64,000 bases of DNA from Phycisphaeraceae bacterium (GTDB lineage: Bacteria; Planctomycetota; Phycisphaerae; Phycisphaerales; Phycisphaeraceae). The notes below the pieces were generated by a model that did no database searches, was not told where the DNA came from, and was given only the letters and a program-made list of their open reading frames with translations. The DNA is taken from contig JADZCR010000007.1 of assembly GCA_020851465.1 (NCBI GenBank), positions 1,561 to 65,560 of the forward strand, written 5' to 3'. This document shows, piece after piece, positions 62,564 through 64,000 of this stretch; position 1 is the first letter of the stretch, and each line of letters starts with the position of its first letter. The position numbers and the translations under genes were made by a program.

Positions 62564-64000
62564 ATGCAGTTGAGTCGAGGCCGTAAATCTGACCGCTTCA
62601 TGGTCCGAGGCGCAAGTATCAACCGTACTACGGCTGGAGTGTGGTTTGGTCTCGAACCGCTGGAGTCGAGGACACTGCTCAGCTCGACGCTGCCCGGCTC
62701 TGAAGAACTCGCCGGTGCCGTATCGGTTGCTGATGTCACGCCATCTCCCGCCACTGGTATTGCGGCTGCGAACTGGATTGTCAGTCTTGGTTCCGCTGCG
62801 GATGTCGATCTGGTCACCGGCCTTGATTTTTCTTCCTTAGGCCTCTCCGCTGCACCACAATTTGAATCACTCGGCGGGTCGGGCCTTTATCGGCTCAGTA
62901 CGAACGAGCAGATCTCGCAGTCTGCACTGACCTCGCTGTTTGAGGGTGTGCCTTCGTTCCGCTACCTCGAAGCGGACCACAAACTCTTTGTCGATGTCGT
63001 TCCCGACGACACGAGCTTCAGCGTCCTTTATGCCCTGAATAACACCGGCCAGTCGAACGGTACGCTTGATGCGGATATCGACGCCCCCGAAGCCTGGGAC
63101 ATTACGACTGGCAGCAATACCATCGTCATCGCGGTCTTGGACACCGGCATTGATCTGACACACCCGGACCTTGCAGCCAACATTTGGACCAATCCCGGCG
63201 AAATTCCGGGAGATGGAATCGACAACGACGCGAACGGCTACATCGACGATGTGAACGGCTGGGATTTCAAGAACAACGACAATAACCCCACCGACGATCA
63301 GCACCACGGCACACACGTATCCGGCACGCTCGCTGGTATCGGCAACAATAACAACGGCGTTACGGGCATCGCATGGAACGTGAAAATCATGCCTCTCAAG
63401 TTCCTCGGCAGCGACGGGTTGGGGGTCGCTTCCGATGCGGTCAAGGCGCTCAATTACGTCGCGATGATGAAGCAACGGGGCGTGAACATTCTTGTCACCA
63501 ATAATTCATGGGGTGGCGATGAAAATACGCAGGCGTTGTATGACGCCATTGCCACTCAACGTGACCTGGGCATTCTGTTCGTTGCCGCAGCCGGCAATCT
63601 CAATCAGAACTCGGACCTCACGCCGTATTACCCGGCGTCCTATGATCTGACGAACATTATTTCTGTTGCTTCGACCGACAGGAATGATTCGAAATCGTCA
63701 TTCTCAAATTGGGGGCCGGTAGGTACCGATCTGGCGGCTCCGGGTACCAGCATTTACAGTACGTCGCCTGTTTCCTCGTACCGCACGCTCAGCGGTACGT
63801 CGATGGCAGTTCCATTAGTCTCAGGTGTCGCTGCGCTGGCATATGCAGCCAAGCCCACCGCTACCTGGCAGGAAGTCAAGAGTGCGATCCTGGATTCCGT
63901 CGATCCAATACCTCAATACGCGGGATTGACGGTTACCGGCGGACGGCTCAATGCGCGGGCAACACTGGAAACGATCCTTGGTCTACCGAATCTGGAGCCG
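62564..64000 (+). CDS. S8 (subtilisin-family) serine peptidase with LEPR-XLL-type N-terminal leader, 3' end off window
   Basis: Not in the ORF track because it is open at the window end. The frame was read by hand from the stop at 62477. AGGAG lies 10 nt before ATG 62564. The leader contains GLEPLESRTLLS. Catalytic triad motifs VLDTGID, HGTHVSG, SGTSMAVP. Confidence 0.85.
   Translation, partial: MQLSRGRKSDRFMVRGASINRTTAGVWFGLEPLESRTLLSSTLPGSEELAGAVSVADVTPSPATGIAAANWIVSLGSAADVDLVTGLDFSSLGLSAAPQFESLGGSGLYRLSTNEQISQSALTSLFEGVPSFRYLEADHKLFVDVVPDDTSFSVLYALNNTGQSNGTLDADIDAPEAWDITTGSNTIVIAVLDTGIDLTHPDLAANIWTNPGEIPGDGIDNDANGYIDDVNGWDFKNNDNNPTDDQHHGTHVSGTLAGIGNNNNGVTGIAWNVKIMPLKFLGSDGLGVASDAVKALNYVAMMKQRGVNILVTNNSWGGDENTQALYDAIATQRDLGILFVAAAGNLNQNSDLTPYYPASYDLTNIISVASTDRNDSKSSFSNWGPVGTDLAAPGTSIYSTSPVSSYRTLSGTSMAVPLVSGVAALAYAAKPTATWQEVKSAILDSVDPIPQYAGLTVTGGRLNARATLETILGLPNLEP

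Noticed and set aside
1-64000. CRISPR arrays, tRNA/rRNA genes, integrases/transposases, toxin-antitoxin pairs, classical defence systems
   Set aside because: I scanned the intergenic regions and the ORF list. There are no spaced direct-repeat arrays, no tRNA-like T-arm/acceptor patterns, and no ORFs with recombinase, transposase or known defence-gene motifs.

Overview
GC-rich bacterial chromosomal segment with sharply AT-rich intergenic islands. It is most likely Planctomycetota, inferred from two PEP-CTERM-anchored proteins, a prepilin-type/DUF1559-like protein and a subtilase with an LEPLESRTLL-type leader. About 50 protein genes are packed on both strands. Most are housekeeping: gltX, tyrS, glyQS, rpsB-tsf, pyrG, thiC with a TPP riboswitch, ribD, moaC, a lone atpG, amt-glnK, hppA, an AddAB-like pair, scpA and recX. 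I saw no rRNA, tRNA, CRISPR array, transposase or integrase. The accessory-looking part is 4.9-13.3 kb: ugd, a PEP-CTERM protein, a heparinase II/III-like protein, a ceramidase-like protein and an RCC1 PEP-CTERM protein. Main observations: (1) the first PEP-CTERM protein appears to carry a legumain/C13-like protease domain with its Cys and His halves in swapped order; (2) a collinear AT-rich element of about 65-85 nt recurs in three intergenic islands; (3) many genes have a TAnnAT hexamer 6-9 nt before the start codon and no Shine-Dalgarno, suggesting leaderless mRNAs alongside classical SD-led genes; (4) several unusual gene fusions and pairings: TPR-YggX, kpsF coupled to tandem thioredoxin-like ferredoxins, and a MoaD/ThiS-like GG protein next to a BNR propeller. 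All functional calls come from motif recognition by eye; no database search was run.
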